A DNA stretch of 64,000 bases from Entomortierella parvispora E1425 (taxonomy: Eukaryota > Fungi > Mortierellomycota). The stretch covers positions 806,001-870,000 of the forward strand of contig BQFW01000014.1 in the NCBI GenBank assembly GCA_020891255.1. The letters run 5' to 3'. The position numbers and the translations under genes were made by a program. Positions within the stretch are counted from its first letter, which is position 1. Each line of letters starts with the position of its first letter. Below are positions 38,203 through 51,268 of the stretch, one piece after another. The notes under the pieces were generated by a model, which saw only the letters and a program-made list of their open reading frames with translations, searched no databases and was not told the origin of the DNA.

Positions 38203-40093
38203 ATGAGTTCTATCAAGAGCAGCATGAAGATGAACAGTCCTCTTCCAAAGGACCTTGCTGGTAGGCCTCTTCCTTTTATTGTTACCGACTCGCGGCGACA
38301 AAGCACATCAACTAACATTGACTTGTAACCTCCCTCATTAGGTGAATGCAAACGCGCGTCCAAGATTCTCAATGCCTTTGTTGGTAGGTCAACTTTTTTT
38401 CTGTGCTTCGTTCGGTCTTTGCTCTCACAGCCAGGAGGATCGATGCAAGGAGAGGGGATCTTCTTTCAACAGAGAAAAGCGACCGACACTCGCAGGAAGT
38501 TCAGCAGTAGCAAGGACAGTTATCGATGAATCGGGAAAAGGCTTCGAGTCAGTAATCACCAAAAAAAAAAAATATGACGACCGGCAGCTGGCGATGACGA
38601 ACAGGCTTTCTTTTTTTTTTTTTTTTCGACCGTCAAAGTCGGACACAGAACGGGAAAAGGAACTCCAAAAAACCTGAATTTGACGCACAAGGATAGAGTG
38701 CGCGGGAGTACACAACTTGTCGTCGGGACCTCTGCCCGATTGTTGGTGGATCGCTTTCTCTCTTTTATTTTGGAGCGCCGCATTGATCTCGACCTTTGGA
38801 TGGCGTAGTTGACTAACAGACCCAACCCCTACCCGAATGTTTGTCCCTGCTCTTCCTCCCCCTCAAATTATCCACTGTAGATCCGATTGCTGCCAAGGGT
38901 GTTGATAACATCATCCCAGCCGACATTCTCTCCAAGGCTCAGGGTCTTGCTATTTTTACAGTCGTTAAGGCTGGATTCCTCTTTTCAGGCAGAGCAGGCT
39001 CAGGTATTGTGGTCGCACGTCTCGAGGATGGCTCTTGGTCTGCACCATCTGCAATTGGAACTGGTGGCATGGGTTTTGGAGGACAAATTGGAGCAGAGAT
39101 TACCGACTTTGTCGTCGTGCTCAACAACCACATGGCCGTAAAGTCTTTTGCCTCGGGAGGAAACGTCACTCTCGGAGGCAACTTGTCGGGTAAGGATTCT
39201 TATCTCCTGTAGATTCTCAGCACCAGTCGACTTTTCGTCTTTTTTCTTTCGTGCGAAAGCGCTAAATGTGGATCCTTTTTTTTTTTGGTCTTGTTTTAGT
39301 TGCCGCTGGACCTATTGGCAGAACTGCAGAAGCTGGAGGATCCGCCAGTTTGAAGAGTGTGGCCGCCATCTACAGTTACAGCAAATCCAAGGGTCTCTTT
39401 GCAGGTGTTTCGATTGAAGGATCTGTGATCGTGGAGCGCAAGGACGCCAATGAGGCTTTCTACCGCCAAAAGGTCTCTGCCTCCGAGCTTCTCTCCGGTG
39501 CCATCACTCCACCTCCTCAGGCCGATATTTTGTACAGGGCTTTGAACTCAAAAGCCTCGGGCGGTAACTACAGCATCAACCGTGGTCCCAGTTCGGCTGG
39601 ATATGGCGACAGCGACTATGACCACAGCTCTTCCGGTGTTGGACGGAGTGCAAGCACGATGAGCTCTGGACGTTACGGAGGTTATGCCAGTCGCAATGCC
39701 ACAACGGTGGTGAACAGCAGCCGAGATTACCACAGTGAGGACAAGGCACGGGAAGCAGAGAGCGATTCCCTTCCTCGATACACTCCTTCGGCGGCCGCTG
39801 CACGCAAGCCAGTAGTGGGAGTAGGTCGCGTCTCGACCGACAACAGCGGATACCCAGCGTCGACCAACCAGAACATTGCCAACTCTACGGGACCAAGGGT
39901 GCCCCCAAGGATCGGAGCCAAGCCTGAGGTGGTGACGGCCTTGTATGACTTTGCAGGCGAGCAAGCAACGGATCTGTCGTTCAAGAAGGGAGATGTGATC
40001 ACGGTGGTGAAGAAGACGGAAAGTCGCGACGACTGGTGGACTGGCAGAATCGGGGCCAAGGAGGGTTCCTTCCCAGCAAACTACACCCAGTGA
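38203..40093 (+). CDS. YSC84: Ysc84/Lsb3/SH3YL1 actin- and lipid-binding protein (SYLF + SH3)
   Basis: Exons 38203-38260, 38342-38383, 38881-39189 and 39300-40093. Motifs KAGFLFSGRAGSG, WSAPSAIG, GGQIGAEITDFV and SKGLFAGVSIEGS. C-terminal SH3 ALYDF...DLSFKKGD...DWWTG...GSFPANY. Confidence 0.95.
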
Positions 40094-40356
40094 GAGAGTG
40101 ATCTTCAAATACCAAAAAAAAAAGAAAAAAAAGTCAAATAAAAAGTTGCCACGTGATCGCTCTTTGGCCAGAGACCGTTGCCCAGGGGCATGGTGATGGT
40201 GGTCCATTTCTATTGTTCCTCCCATTCCTTCCTCCTTCTTTCTTTCTCTCCCTTCACTCCCCCACCCACCTCCCAAGGACCCGACCATTGCAGGATACCC
40301 AACGGTCAAAGGACAAAAAAGAAGGCGACATCCAACACAGCATTTAACCTCTCGAA

Positions 40357-41043
40357 ATGAATCAAGACCTCCTCAATGGCGCGTTACCCTTGTTGTCGAA
40401 CATTGTCGGCAACAATACCGCAGCGGGCCTCATGACCGTCCTGAGCCTGGCTGTCAACACTGTCGTCATGACCACATCCGCGCTCAGTCAACTGGCCACC
40501 TCCACTTCCTCGGGCAAGGACCACGACCAGCACTTTCAACAATCGACCTATGGTGACCAACAAGGTTCTGGACAATTCGCCTTTTCCAACAACGACGATA
40601 CCGACAATGATCTGAAGCAACGGGCTTTCCAGTCCATGATCCTCTCCGCCGTCGCCACGCTGTTCTCTACGTTGAACTCGACCTTTCAATCCATGACCCA
40701 TGCCGAAACCCCTTTGACAACGTACATTTTCTTGGCGTTGTTCTCGTATCTGGTCTTCAAGATCGTCTATGGCTTCGTGGCATGGATCGTTCGCTCGGTT
40801 TTGAACTTGATCAAGGTCTCGATCATGATCACCGTCTTGACCACCGTCCTCTGGTTCATCTTTAATATCACTTCTTCGGGCCCTTCAGACTCGGAATTGG
40901 ACCCTCTGGCGGGCGATGGACAGTACCGACCCAAGCAGCAACACAAGGATCCCATCTCTCAAATCTTGGGCAACCTTCAGACCAAATTCAAGGCTGAATA
41001 CCAACGCCAGCAAGAATATCTCCAGAATCCTCATGTCTATTAG
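40357..41043 (+). CDS. Predicted membrane protein (228 aa), weakly Apq12-like
   Basis: Intronless ORF with coding-like codon usage and three to four hydrophobic segments (e.g. YIFLALFSYLVFKIVYGFVAWIV, VSIMITVLTTVLWFIF). The Apq12 resemblance is by eye only. Confidence 0.6.
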   Translation: MNQDLLNGALPLLSNIVGNNTAAGLMTVLSLAVNTVVMTTSALSQLATSTSSGKDHDQHFQQSTYGDQQGSGQFAFSNNDDTDNDLKQRAFQSMILSAVATLFSTLNSTFQSMTHAETPLTTYIFLALFSYLVFKIVYGFVAWIVRSVLNLIKVSIMITVLTTVLWFIFNITSSGPSDSELDPLAGDGQYRPKQQHKDPISQILGNLQTKFKAEYQRQQEYLQNPHVY

Positions 41044-41487
41044 AGAGAATCTTCTTTTGAACCCTCCTTCTCCTTCTCTCTTGCCTGCCTGCCTCATCTT
41101 CACCCGCCCAACTTTTCTTTCTTTCGTATACCAAAGCATTCTTTGCCATTTTTTTTTTCTTCCCGTCGAGCAAAATAAATAAAAACAACAAAACTTGTCA
41201 TGCTAAAAAGCAAAACTTTGGCATGCAACGCACGCGGTAAAAAAACCCAAAAAACAGTCCAACCATCATGCGGATCTTCACTGGGACAAAAGAAACTCTC
41301 CCCTCCTCTTCCCCTTCCCCTTCTCCCCTTTCTATCTACCATGGTGCAGCCCAAAATGTTGGTCGACAACAGTGCTGGTCGACAATCAATAATGAAGATA
41401 AATCATCCTTTTTTATAATTTTTTTTTATTCAAAGCAGAAAAGATTTGAAAAAAGAAAAAAACACAAAATCACTCGAGACGAGAGAT

Positions 41488-43531
41488 TTAGAAACCGACG
41501 GACCAGACACGGATGAGCGAGTCAGAGTATCCGGCAAAGAGGGTCTGACCATCAGCGGACCAGGCCAAGGAGACAGCCTGGGGAGGGTTGGACTTCTTGC
41601 CGACGTTGGTGAACTCGGGCTTGAGCTCATCAACAACGGACTTGGACTCCAAGTCCCAGATCTTGATGCAGGACGACGTAGCGGCGCACAACCAGTAGCG
41701 GTTGGGGGAGAAGACCAAGGCGTTGATGATATCGTCACCCTTGCCCTCCAAGGAGTACAAGTGCTTGCCCTCGTTCAAGTCCCAGAGCATGGTGATACCA
41801 TCACGGCCACCGGAAGCGCAGAGGGAACCATCGGGGGAAACGGTGACGGTGTTAATGTAACCAGAGTGTCCGATGTGGTTGGAGCGCAGCTTGCACTTGG
41901 TAAGCTCCCAGACCTATAGTTTTTTCATGAACAAATTGGTTGTTAATTCAAAACTGTCCTTCAAGTCAAAAACGTCCCTTTTTTTTTTCTCTTGAACATC
42001 CAATTGATCCAATTGAACGAGAAAAAGCGGTTGTCAAGCGAGGTTCTTAAAGTCAGAAATTTCCAGTGGAAGATTTGTCTCATTGCTAGGTTGCGACGCC
42101 CGCTCTGAAGTAGCAAATATAATAGACATCATTCAAAAAGAACTCGCTTGATTCGACCGTGTTTTCTCTGTTTGCCCATAAAAGAGAGTGCAATAAAAGC
42201 TTTCTTTTTCCAAGAACTGAGTCCCAGTAGATCAAGTCCCGAACACTCCAATGTCGCCAACAATGATCCATGGCACGCAATTGCTCGATAAAAAAAAAAC
42301 ATTAAAAAGAATATTTACCTTGACGACCTTGTCCCAGCCTCCAGAAACGATGACGGGGTTGGCGGGGTTGGGGGAGAAACGGACGCAGGAGACCCACTCG
42401 GTGTGGCCATCCTCCTGGATGGTGAACTTGCACTCACCGAGGGTGTTCCAGAGCTTGATGGTCTTGTCACGGGATCCAGAGACGATCTGACGGTTATCGG
42501 CAGAGAAGGAAACCGAGAGGACATCGTTGGTGTGACCAACGAAGCGGCGGGTGGTCAAACCGGTGTTGAGGTCCCAGAGACGGAGGGTCTTGTCCCAGGA
42601 AGCGGACAAAGCGAACTGACCATCGGAGGAGATGACAACATCCTGGACGGCAGAGTTGTGTCCGTGAAGGGACTTCTTGGGGACACCAAAGTTACCCTCA
42701 TCATCGCGGAGCAAGTTCCAGACAATGATGGACTTGTCTATGAAACGGTAAGGAAGGTACCAACGAAAACAAACAGGCAATTAGATTTCTGCAAAGTCCC
42801 TTCCTAATGCTCCCTGTTCCTTGTTCCTGTATCGCAGATCGAGCTGCTCAGATGATAGCTGTTTCCTGTTTACGTACCACGGGAGGAGGACAAGATCATG
42901 TCGGGGGCCTCGGCGGTGGTGGCGATGGCGGTGACCCAGTCGCGATGACCTGTTTGAAGAGAATAAAAAAAAAATTAGTTTATATTTTCCAAGAGATCTT
43001 TCTGTTGTCAAAGACCCATCGCTCGCCCTGTATACAATCCATCCAGATCCTGCGCGAGAACAGTATTCCTGATCTGCCGCTGAAGTGCTGGAGGTCGTCT
43101 TTTTCCCGTTCTAATCGCCCTTGGTGCTCTGGTTGAAGATGGTGCAGTGCCTGCAATGACTGATCAACAAGTATAAATCCAGAGGTCTGACCCTGGTTCG
43201 TAATGAACGACCCTCCAAGGTCGATGGTGGCCAAATCAGGGACAGCTTCTGATGATGGTGATGATGGTAAAGTGATGGATCATAGGTCCTGCCCTTCCAG
43301 TATACGAATTCATAGATTTCAAAAAAATCGCCTGTTCTCGGTCTATCCTTCAAGGCAGAGGATGTATCCGTTATCGAGTCGATTGCAAGACATCCATCGA
43401 TCATAGTATCGAGTCCGTTTCCGCCGGATTTGGTGTCAGTGCCTGTCCTACGATCGCCCCCAGTTCAGATCCAGAGAGAAAACAAACGCACCGGCCAACT
43501 GTCCACGGTAGTGAAGGGACTCAGTAGACAT
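41488..43531 (-). CDS. RACK1: RACK1/Asc1/Cpc2 40S-associated WD40 protein
   Basis: Exons 43531-43492, 42949-42878, 42737-42319 and 41913-41488. Motifs [56 protein letters not shown] and [12 protein letters not shown]. Confidence 0.98.
42049..42136 (-). ncRNA. U24: Box C/D snoRNA U24 (snR24) in RACK1 intron 3
   Basis: Minus strand reads ATGATGT (box C), ATATTTGCTACTT-CAGA (guide plus D'), ATGAGA (C'), then CTGA (box D). The guide is complementary to the conserved LSU segment AGUAGCAAAUAU. Yeast snR24 sits in the ASC1 intron and has the same layout. Confidence 0.85.
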
Positions 43532-44294
43532 GATGAAAGAAAGAGAGGAGGGACCCTTTGGATTCCCGAGCACACCTTCCTTTTATACGACCGTGACTCG
43601 TTTTATGTACATGTACTTTATGCTTCGTACCTTGTGGGTGAAATCTTGTTTTGGGCGTGCGACGATCAATCGGTCCCTGGGCCTGTTTGTTTTGTCTGCT
43701 TGTTCCCGTCCTTCTTCTCTCTGGCTGGTTTGCTCTGGGATGTCTTTTTTCAGGTTTTCAAGCAGAGGCAGACATCAGCAAGCAATATAATGACCCAAAC
43801 ACCTTGGAGATCAGCGACAAATGACGGTGGTATTGAAGTCAACCAAGTGCAGGAGAGGTCGTCCTTGAGCACACGTCGGTCTGGTTGGTTATCAAACGCT
43901 TGGGTCGGCGAACGGGATGATGTTTTGTTTTGAAAAAGGGAATTGTTACAAAGTCAGTCTTGTTTGAGTTGCAATTGAGTTTCACTTGGCATCCCTGACA
44001 CCCAGTCCTCTTTGCTTTTGGTCCTTTGGGTCTAGTGTGGACTTGAATCATGACAAGGAGTAGGCGGAGAGGATCTTTTGGTTTGATTGTGAGTTTGAAA
44101 AAGTTTTTCATTTTGTTTTCTTTTATCAATCGATTATGGGGGTCTATTAAAACTGTGAGGAGGTAAACGGGTAATGCATGCATGCTGCGGGAGGGGAGTA
44201 CTATTTCATTGGGGGAAGGGTTTTTTTTGGTTCGTAATCAAATGCTGGAGGGTGGTAAAATGGTAGTGGTAGTAGTGCGTAATAAATAATGCTT

Positions 44295-47200
44295 TTAGAA
44301 GGGAGTGGACGGCACAGGCGCAGTCTCCTCCGTGGGCGAAGGCGAAGGCGAGCGACCGTTAAAGTAAAAATGGGATGACTGGGATGACTGGGATGAAGAA
44401 GACGTTGCGCTGTCCGAAGACGAAGACTGGATCGAGGTCCAAGTCTCGCGCCTGGATCCTCCCTCGACGCTCTCGTCGTCCTCGCCGCGGTTATGGCTAC
44501 GCCAATGCTTCTGGTTCAGACTCCGGGCCACGTTCTTGCTTCCGATTACAATGGACACAGAATCTACAGATCCTCTGCGGATAGCCTCTGCATCGAGTTC
44601 ATCGTCCTCCAGGATCCGTCGGTGGCTGCTCTTGTCCGTCAACACTGATAAGGACCTCTCACTCCGACCCCGGGATCGGAGCGAAGACGAAAAACTCGGC
44701 CGGCGAGCCACACTGGCGTCGTCTCCATCCTGGTCCAGACTGTCACGTTCCTCATCCACATCCCAGCCCGACAAATCGTCACGGGTATCACGCTGGTTGG
44801 ACGAACGCCAGGAATCCAGAGTCAAATCACTGCTGCCGCCCATGCTCATCATCGATCCGTGGCGACTCTGACGCATGGGGTGACGTGGGGGTCTGGAAGG
44901 GGTAAGGGTGGCGCCGGTGGGCTCGACCGTGACAGTGGTCATCATCGACATGCGGTAAGGAACAGCCTTGGGCAGGTCTTCGTAAAGGACATGGTGTTCC
45001 TCTGTCTCTTCCTTTTTAGCCTCCAATGGCTGCTTACGAGGGCGAATAACAGGCTCCTGGAACTCGGGAGCAATGTCGGACGACTCCACAGTAACAACAG
45101 GGTTGGAACTGTCCTGCTGGGGTGCCTCGGTGATCAACAAAGAAATCGTGTCCTTGGACTGACTGGCCTCACGATCGATAGATGCAGCCAAGGTGGAAAC
45201 AACTGTTGTAGCAGTTTCCTCAGAAATCGACTTTTCGATGGTCATAGCGGCGGCAACATTCACCTCGGTAGCTGGTTCAGCAGCAGCAGCGGTGTTGAAG
45301 GAGCCTTGTCTGGATAGATTGGCAAGATCGCTGCCTCCAATCTGACTCTCGTACTCTGAAGCAGAGTCGTAATCATAGCAGTCATAAATGCTGTCGGCGT
45401 ACATGGACCGGATCGAAGCTCTCTCGGCCAGGTTGGATCCTTGGCGAGCAAGCACCGCTGGGAAGGGGTGAAGGATAGGCGTTCCGGCGCCCTGGGCTCC
45501 TGCCGCAGGCGCTGGGTTTGAAGACGCAGAAGGAGAGGGAAGAGGTGATGTTGGGGCCTTGGGCAGGGTGAACGAGCTCAGGGACAAGGTCCTAAGACTG
45601 GATCTGCTCTGGCTCACCTTGCGTTCCAATCCAGCCTTGGCACTAGCGGAGGCTTCCTGCGCCAACTGAGACTCGAGCGGCGAGATAGACTGAGCATTGA
45701 CCGCTGGTGGAGTTGTAGGGGTCGAGAGCGTTGACGACACACTGGCGATCGAGGCAGTGCGGCCAGAGTTGATGGTCCCACGGCGGATGGGCGAAAGAGG
45801 GCGGATTGTCATAGGTGCGAATGGCTTGCCGTTGTCCACAGATTCCTTGCGAGCTACAATTTTATCAATCAATATTACGATTTAATTCCTCGTTTTTTTT
45901 TTTTTTGAAAATGTGAAAATAAAGATACAACATAGAGTGCACATTACCTTCGGATGGGATGGGAGGCAACTTCTTGTCAAGAATGGGCGAGAGTTGTTGC
46001 ACGCTTGACATGGGCACTTCGACCTTTTCCTTGTGCTCCACAGGAGAAGGAATTGAAATGCCAAGGCCGAAATGAGCAGTTGTTTGCGTTTGAATCTCGG
46101 AGACCTTGTCCTTTGTTTCTTCCTCCTTTTCTGACCGTCTAAAGTTTCTCTTCATGGACGACTGTCGGGTCAAGACTTGGGCGACAATCACACCACCCAC
46201 AGAAGAGACATTCGAGGAGGCTTCGCTGACAACAGATGCCCTCGAGTCGAGTCCTGAAGCAGAAGAGTTGGAAGCAGGTACTACAGGGTCCTGCTGATGA
46301 TCAGCGGCCTCAGTAGACGTGGAAGTCTTCTCTTCTGACTCGGAAGGTTTTGTGGCAGACTCGGGGACAGATTCTTCGTTCGTATCCTTGAGTGAGTCCT
46401 TCTCGATCACAGGCGAGGTCGAAACAGCGGTAGTGTCATCATGAGTTTCCTTGGATTCGGCGTCAGTCGCAGGAGAGTCAGAGTCCTTCTTTTGAGTTTC
46501 TTCCGCCTCACCCTCTGCCACTGTCGATCCTTGGAGACGTTCAGCAATCGACGCAATGGCCTTGCTGGTGGAGTTGTTGGAGGAGGTCACAGTCGACGTG
46601 GAAGGGGAGCGATCGAGCTTTTTGCTGGACTGAACACTGATAACAGACTTGGACGAGCCCAGTTCGTCGGCCCTGGGATCAAAGTCCCATCGAGGAACAA
46701 AGAACGACTCGCCAGTGCCATCCTTGACCTCCATCATCTCATCCTTGTCAAAAGTCCTGCTTCCAAACTTGGCCATGCGAGCCTTGGCTGCCGCGTCTTC
46801 ATCCGTCTCGGCAGGAGTAGGCTCTGCTTCTTCATCCTGGATTTCTTCCATGGCGCCAAATTCTTGCTTGTCACCTTCGCCTCCGCGCCTCCTGTACATG
46901 CTCATAGGTGCAGCACCCGCATCTCGCGTCGTGTTGCTTCTCCGAAGGGCAGCCCCAGCAGCAGCAAGACTGTTGCCACCCATCTGTTCTTGCTGGAGAT
47001 ACCTTGCACGAAGGTTATCCTCTGAAAAGAACTGGACAGGACCACGACTTCCCTCTTCACCGTGCTCAGAGACTTCGTTGTTTTCCTGTCGACTGGATCC
47101 TCCATGACTGGGTCGATGAAGCTTCTTGGCTAGCTTGCTTCTCAAAGCCTTCAATTGCTTCAGTCCTCCCTTCTTTTCGGCATCACTCTTGGATCCAACA

Positions 47201-49727
47201 GCATCCTCGCGATCCGAATCGTCGTCGTGGAAAACACCATTGGCGGCACTGCGGACAGCCCTGCGCATCCTGCGAACAGTCTTCTTGATACCTTCGCCGC
47301 CACTCGTGTACTCGGATCGAGCTCCAGCATCGTCGTTATCGGACTGATCCGCAGGCCTAACAATCGGTACAGTCTTGACCTGATTCGTAGAGGAGACAAG
47401 CTTTGGAACACTAATGACAGAAATCTGTTTGCGGTGGCGAGTCTTGCGACCGGGTTTTGATCCGTCAGAGTTGCCGCCCGAGAGATTGCCATTGCTGCCC
47501 TTTGTACGGAGAGGTGGGTTCATGGCCTTTTCTTGCAAGAAGAGGGCCTGTTGCTGTTGAATGTACATGATGTGGGCGATCTCGGCCTGCCGCGAGTTGG
47601 GAAGAACACCTGCGTTCAAGCTGGGAGGTTGAGGGGCGGATCGGGTCGGTGTAAAAGGCACATCCGAGCCAGATCTCTGGCGGCGACGCCTGCGTTCCGC
47701 TTGGTCCTCTGCACCCGAAAGGCCATCGCCATCCGTGTCGTCATTCAAACCATCGTCCTCATAGTCTCCATCCTCGTGATGATCCTGTCCATGACCCTCG
47801 GACGCCTGTTGGGGTGGCATGTTATCCCAGCGGGGGATGCGACGGCTGGGTGAAACGGGTGATGTCAAGGATGAGGGCGAGAGTGCAGACTGAGGGTACT
47901 GTTGTGCTGAGCCCACCTGAATGGGTGGGGCCATGCGTCTGCGAGAGGTGGATCGCTGCAATGTTGGGTCCGAATTCAAAAAGTTGAAGGCGTTTGGCGC
48001 AGCAGAAGGACCCATGCGAGGAGACACTATGGGAGAAGGAGGGACAGGGACCTGTATTTTTCCATACAAAAGAAAGAGCGCGTTAAAGTGGTGAGCAGTG
48101 CATCGCATCCCGAGAGAAAAAAAAGACCAACGAATGCATCAAGTGTGGCTCGCCAAGGTGAGAGATAGCAATCATTACCTTGTAATTGGCAGAGTCACGA
48201 GCGGGGACATGAACCGCTTCTCGGTCCACCAACTCCTGGCTAGCCTAAAGTGCGAATAGGGAGGACAGGGTCCAAGGACGACCATGTTAGAGTCAAAGGA
48301 GGAACATGCGTTGCATTTGCTTTCTTTCCTTGACCGTTGACAAATTCAATTGAGAGCACATGCATGAAGAGGTACAAACAAATGCATGGTGGTGGTGGCA
48401 AACCTCCTCCGCCCCCACCCGTCCCTTTCCTCCTTTTCCCCCCTGACTTTGGCCGTTATTCATGTACTGTGACCGAAAGAGAGAGCTGCTTGAGAGGCTC
48501 TCATCATCCACTCGTCCATTCATTTCCTCTTTCCATCGCTCTGCCTTTTCATTTTCCAGTCTCATTGGGTTACATGGGGCACAGACAAACAAAAAAAATA
48601 AAATAAAAAACTAAACGCACCTGTGTCGGTTGTGCACTCTCGTTTTCTGGGGAAGCGCCCACTGGACCGAGACCTCCCTCTTGAGAGCCAGATCCTGCAT
48701 TCAGTGACCCCTGCTCTTGCGACTCTGTGCTCTTGGCAACAGCGGCAGCGGCGGCTGCAGCATTTGTGGCCATCGCCCGCAAATTGGATGCGGAACCGTA
48801 CTGAGAAAGAGCAGGTGGAGGTCCGCTCAGACTAGGGCCAGAGACAGCGGGGTTTGGGCCTGCAGCAGAAGGCTCCCAGGCATGATTCAAGCTCTCCTGA
48901 TTCATAAGGTACCCGCCCTTACTGCTCGACAGATAAGGGGCGTCCTTGGAGCCGTTTTTCAGGATCGAGGCCTGACGTTTCAAGGGCCCTGGGGAAGGTG
49001 ATTGGGAAGGAGACTGCAACGGAGAGTTCGACGGGCTGAGAGATCTGAACAACGGTGAAGAGTAATTGACCTTGCTGTTGGATCGCTGAAGGCTGGGTGA
49101 GGTCGATATGGAGAGCAGAGAAGAACCGTCCTGCTGAGACGACTGGGACCTGTTCTCAAAATAGTCGTTTGAGCTTGCATTACCACTGCCATAGCTAGCG
49201 GTGCCGCCGGGGGTTGAGGCGGGCGTGCGAAGAAAAGGCGATGGGAGGGGCGAGGAGGAAGCGCTAGAGTGAGTGGGCGATTGAGTGGGGTCCTGCGGAT
49301 CTGGCATTGGTGGATGGGAGTTTCCTGGATTTGGGCCGTTGGCGGGATTGCTGTCGTAGGATTGGTTCAGGGAGCTGTACGAGTTTTGCTGGCGGAGACC
49401 GCTTTGGGAAAGTTGGCGTCTCAGACTTGTGGCTCTTGAGGGCGTGCCTGGGCGGGAGGGCGGCAGGGCTTGCTTGACTGGAGGCAGGATGGGGTGAGGG
49501 CCTTGGGTCTTGAGATCAAGAGGACCAGAGATGTTGATGGAGCCAGAGTTGGAGGAGGAGGAGGAGGAAGGGGAGGGTGGGCCAGAGGCGCCGGCGGGGA
49601 CACTTGGAGACCACACGGCGAGGCTCTGGATGTGTTGCTGTTGTGGAGAGGGTTGTTGCTGCTGTTGTTCCTGTCGGTACTGCTGATAGGCCTGCATTTG
49701 CCTAGTAGGGCTGTGTGGGTTGGACAT
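44295..49727 (-). CDS. Large low-complexity, probably disordered protein (~1611 aa)
   Basis: Exons 49727-48621, 48244-48179, 48051-45948 and 45853-44295 join in frame at GT-AG junctions. The product is S/P/Q/D/E-rich and no folded domain was recognised. Confidence 0.75.
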
Positions 49728-51268
49728 TGTGGATGGAGAGAGGAGAGAGAGACAGAGGAAAAAGTAGAGAGGCAGAGGGGCAAAGAAGAAAAAGAGAATG
49801 AGGGTTCACAATGAATCCCGGGGATGGGGTGAATGAGGCCGAGGACAAAGGGAGGAGGAAAAAGGGGAGAGGAGAGGAGAGACAGAGGCTCCAGTGATGG
49901 GGTTGTGTTTAGGATGCACCCGAGGAGACAGGGCAGGGCAGGGCTGGGCTGGTTGACGAGAAGAGAGAAAGAAGGAGGAGGAGAAGAAGAAGGGAGAAGG
50001 GCGATGGGGATGATGAATTGAATCAAACAGACAAACACATACATACATACACACACGGTCGAGGAGGGCAAGGGGGACACAAAGGGTGTGTATGTGTCTC
50101 GAAGCAATTATTAAGGGGCGTGTGCGCCCCCCCGGCTGGGATTCATTTCTTGTCGAGCGTATGTTGCACAGACGGGCGATGGATAGATGCCATGAAGGTG
50201 GAGGGGTCATCGGCAGTGTCACAGTGCAGGGACGAGTCGCACGGAGGAGCGAAGGGGACGGAGAGGCACTCACTCACTCACAGCCTCAGTCCATGAAAGT
50301 GCCATTAGCCATTAACTTATAATTTATTAAATTGCGCGTGGCGTGGCGTATTTGTCCTCTCTTTCTTTGCTTTTTTTTTTTTTTTTTTTTTTCTGCTTGC
50401 TTGTCGCTCTCTTTAATTTGCCGTGCCCACTTACAAATCATTCTTCTCATCCTCCCGCCTTCCGGAGTATTGGACCTCGTAGAGGGGACGGGGACGGGGG
50501 ACTCTTTTTTCTTTCTTTTTCTCTGTCTGTCTGTCCGTCGGTCTGTCTGTCATCTCCGAGCTGTCGGATGAAGAAAGATTCTTGAGAGCACCGGCCGATT
50601 GCATCAGCGTTTTTAAATGCAATCAATCAAAAAAAAAGAGGAAAAGGGCCCTTTTGGTCCCCAGTCCATTCCGCAAGGAAGAACTGGCGGAAGATCTCTT
50701 CTCTGCTCTCCATGCCATCCTCCTTTGACCCGAGGCCACATCAACAAAAAAAGAAGCTATCTCAAATAGCCTCACAGTCTAGAGATTAGATTGTTTGATC
50801 CATCCGTCCCTGCTGCTGGCCCATTTCAAGAACACAGGGGCTGTGTTGAAAGACCAACGTGCCGCTCTTTCCTCTCGTTCATCCAAGACACGAGGAGCAG
50901 AACGTCTTGTCCTTCTCGACATATGTTGCAATTGAGATTGAATATCTTGTGTCCCAGCTCTCAATCGCACATGCCATATCCCATGCCCATCGTCCTTCAA
51001 AGGTTGTCCAAGGTGACAAGACTATGAACGATTGCCATGTTAAAGTTCCCATATGACAGTGTCATAAAAAGGCTCCCAACATTTTATTTTTGTATGCTTT
51101 TTTTTTCTGTTTTGATGATCGTCCAAAAGAAAAGAGTCCGTTGTTGTTGGTTAGGTCGGGGTCTCCAAGGGAACCAAATAAAGAGAGAATGGGGCTCCCT
51201 GGATGCAACTCTAATTTCGCCACCGAAGGAGCTGCATACGTAGATGGTAGACCACGCGATGAAAAGCT

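Noticed and set aside
42950-43491. Second snoRNA in RACK1 intron 1
   Set aside because: Small hairpins are present, but there is no correctly ordered C/D box pair or H/ACA layout on the minus strand.
50430-51250. Short ORFs downstream of ferritin
   Set aside because: No consistent splice chain or start codon and no family resemblance.
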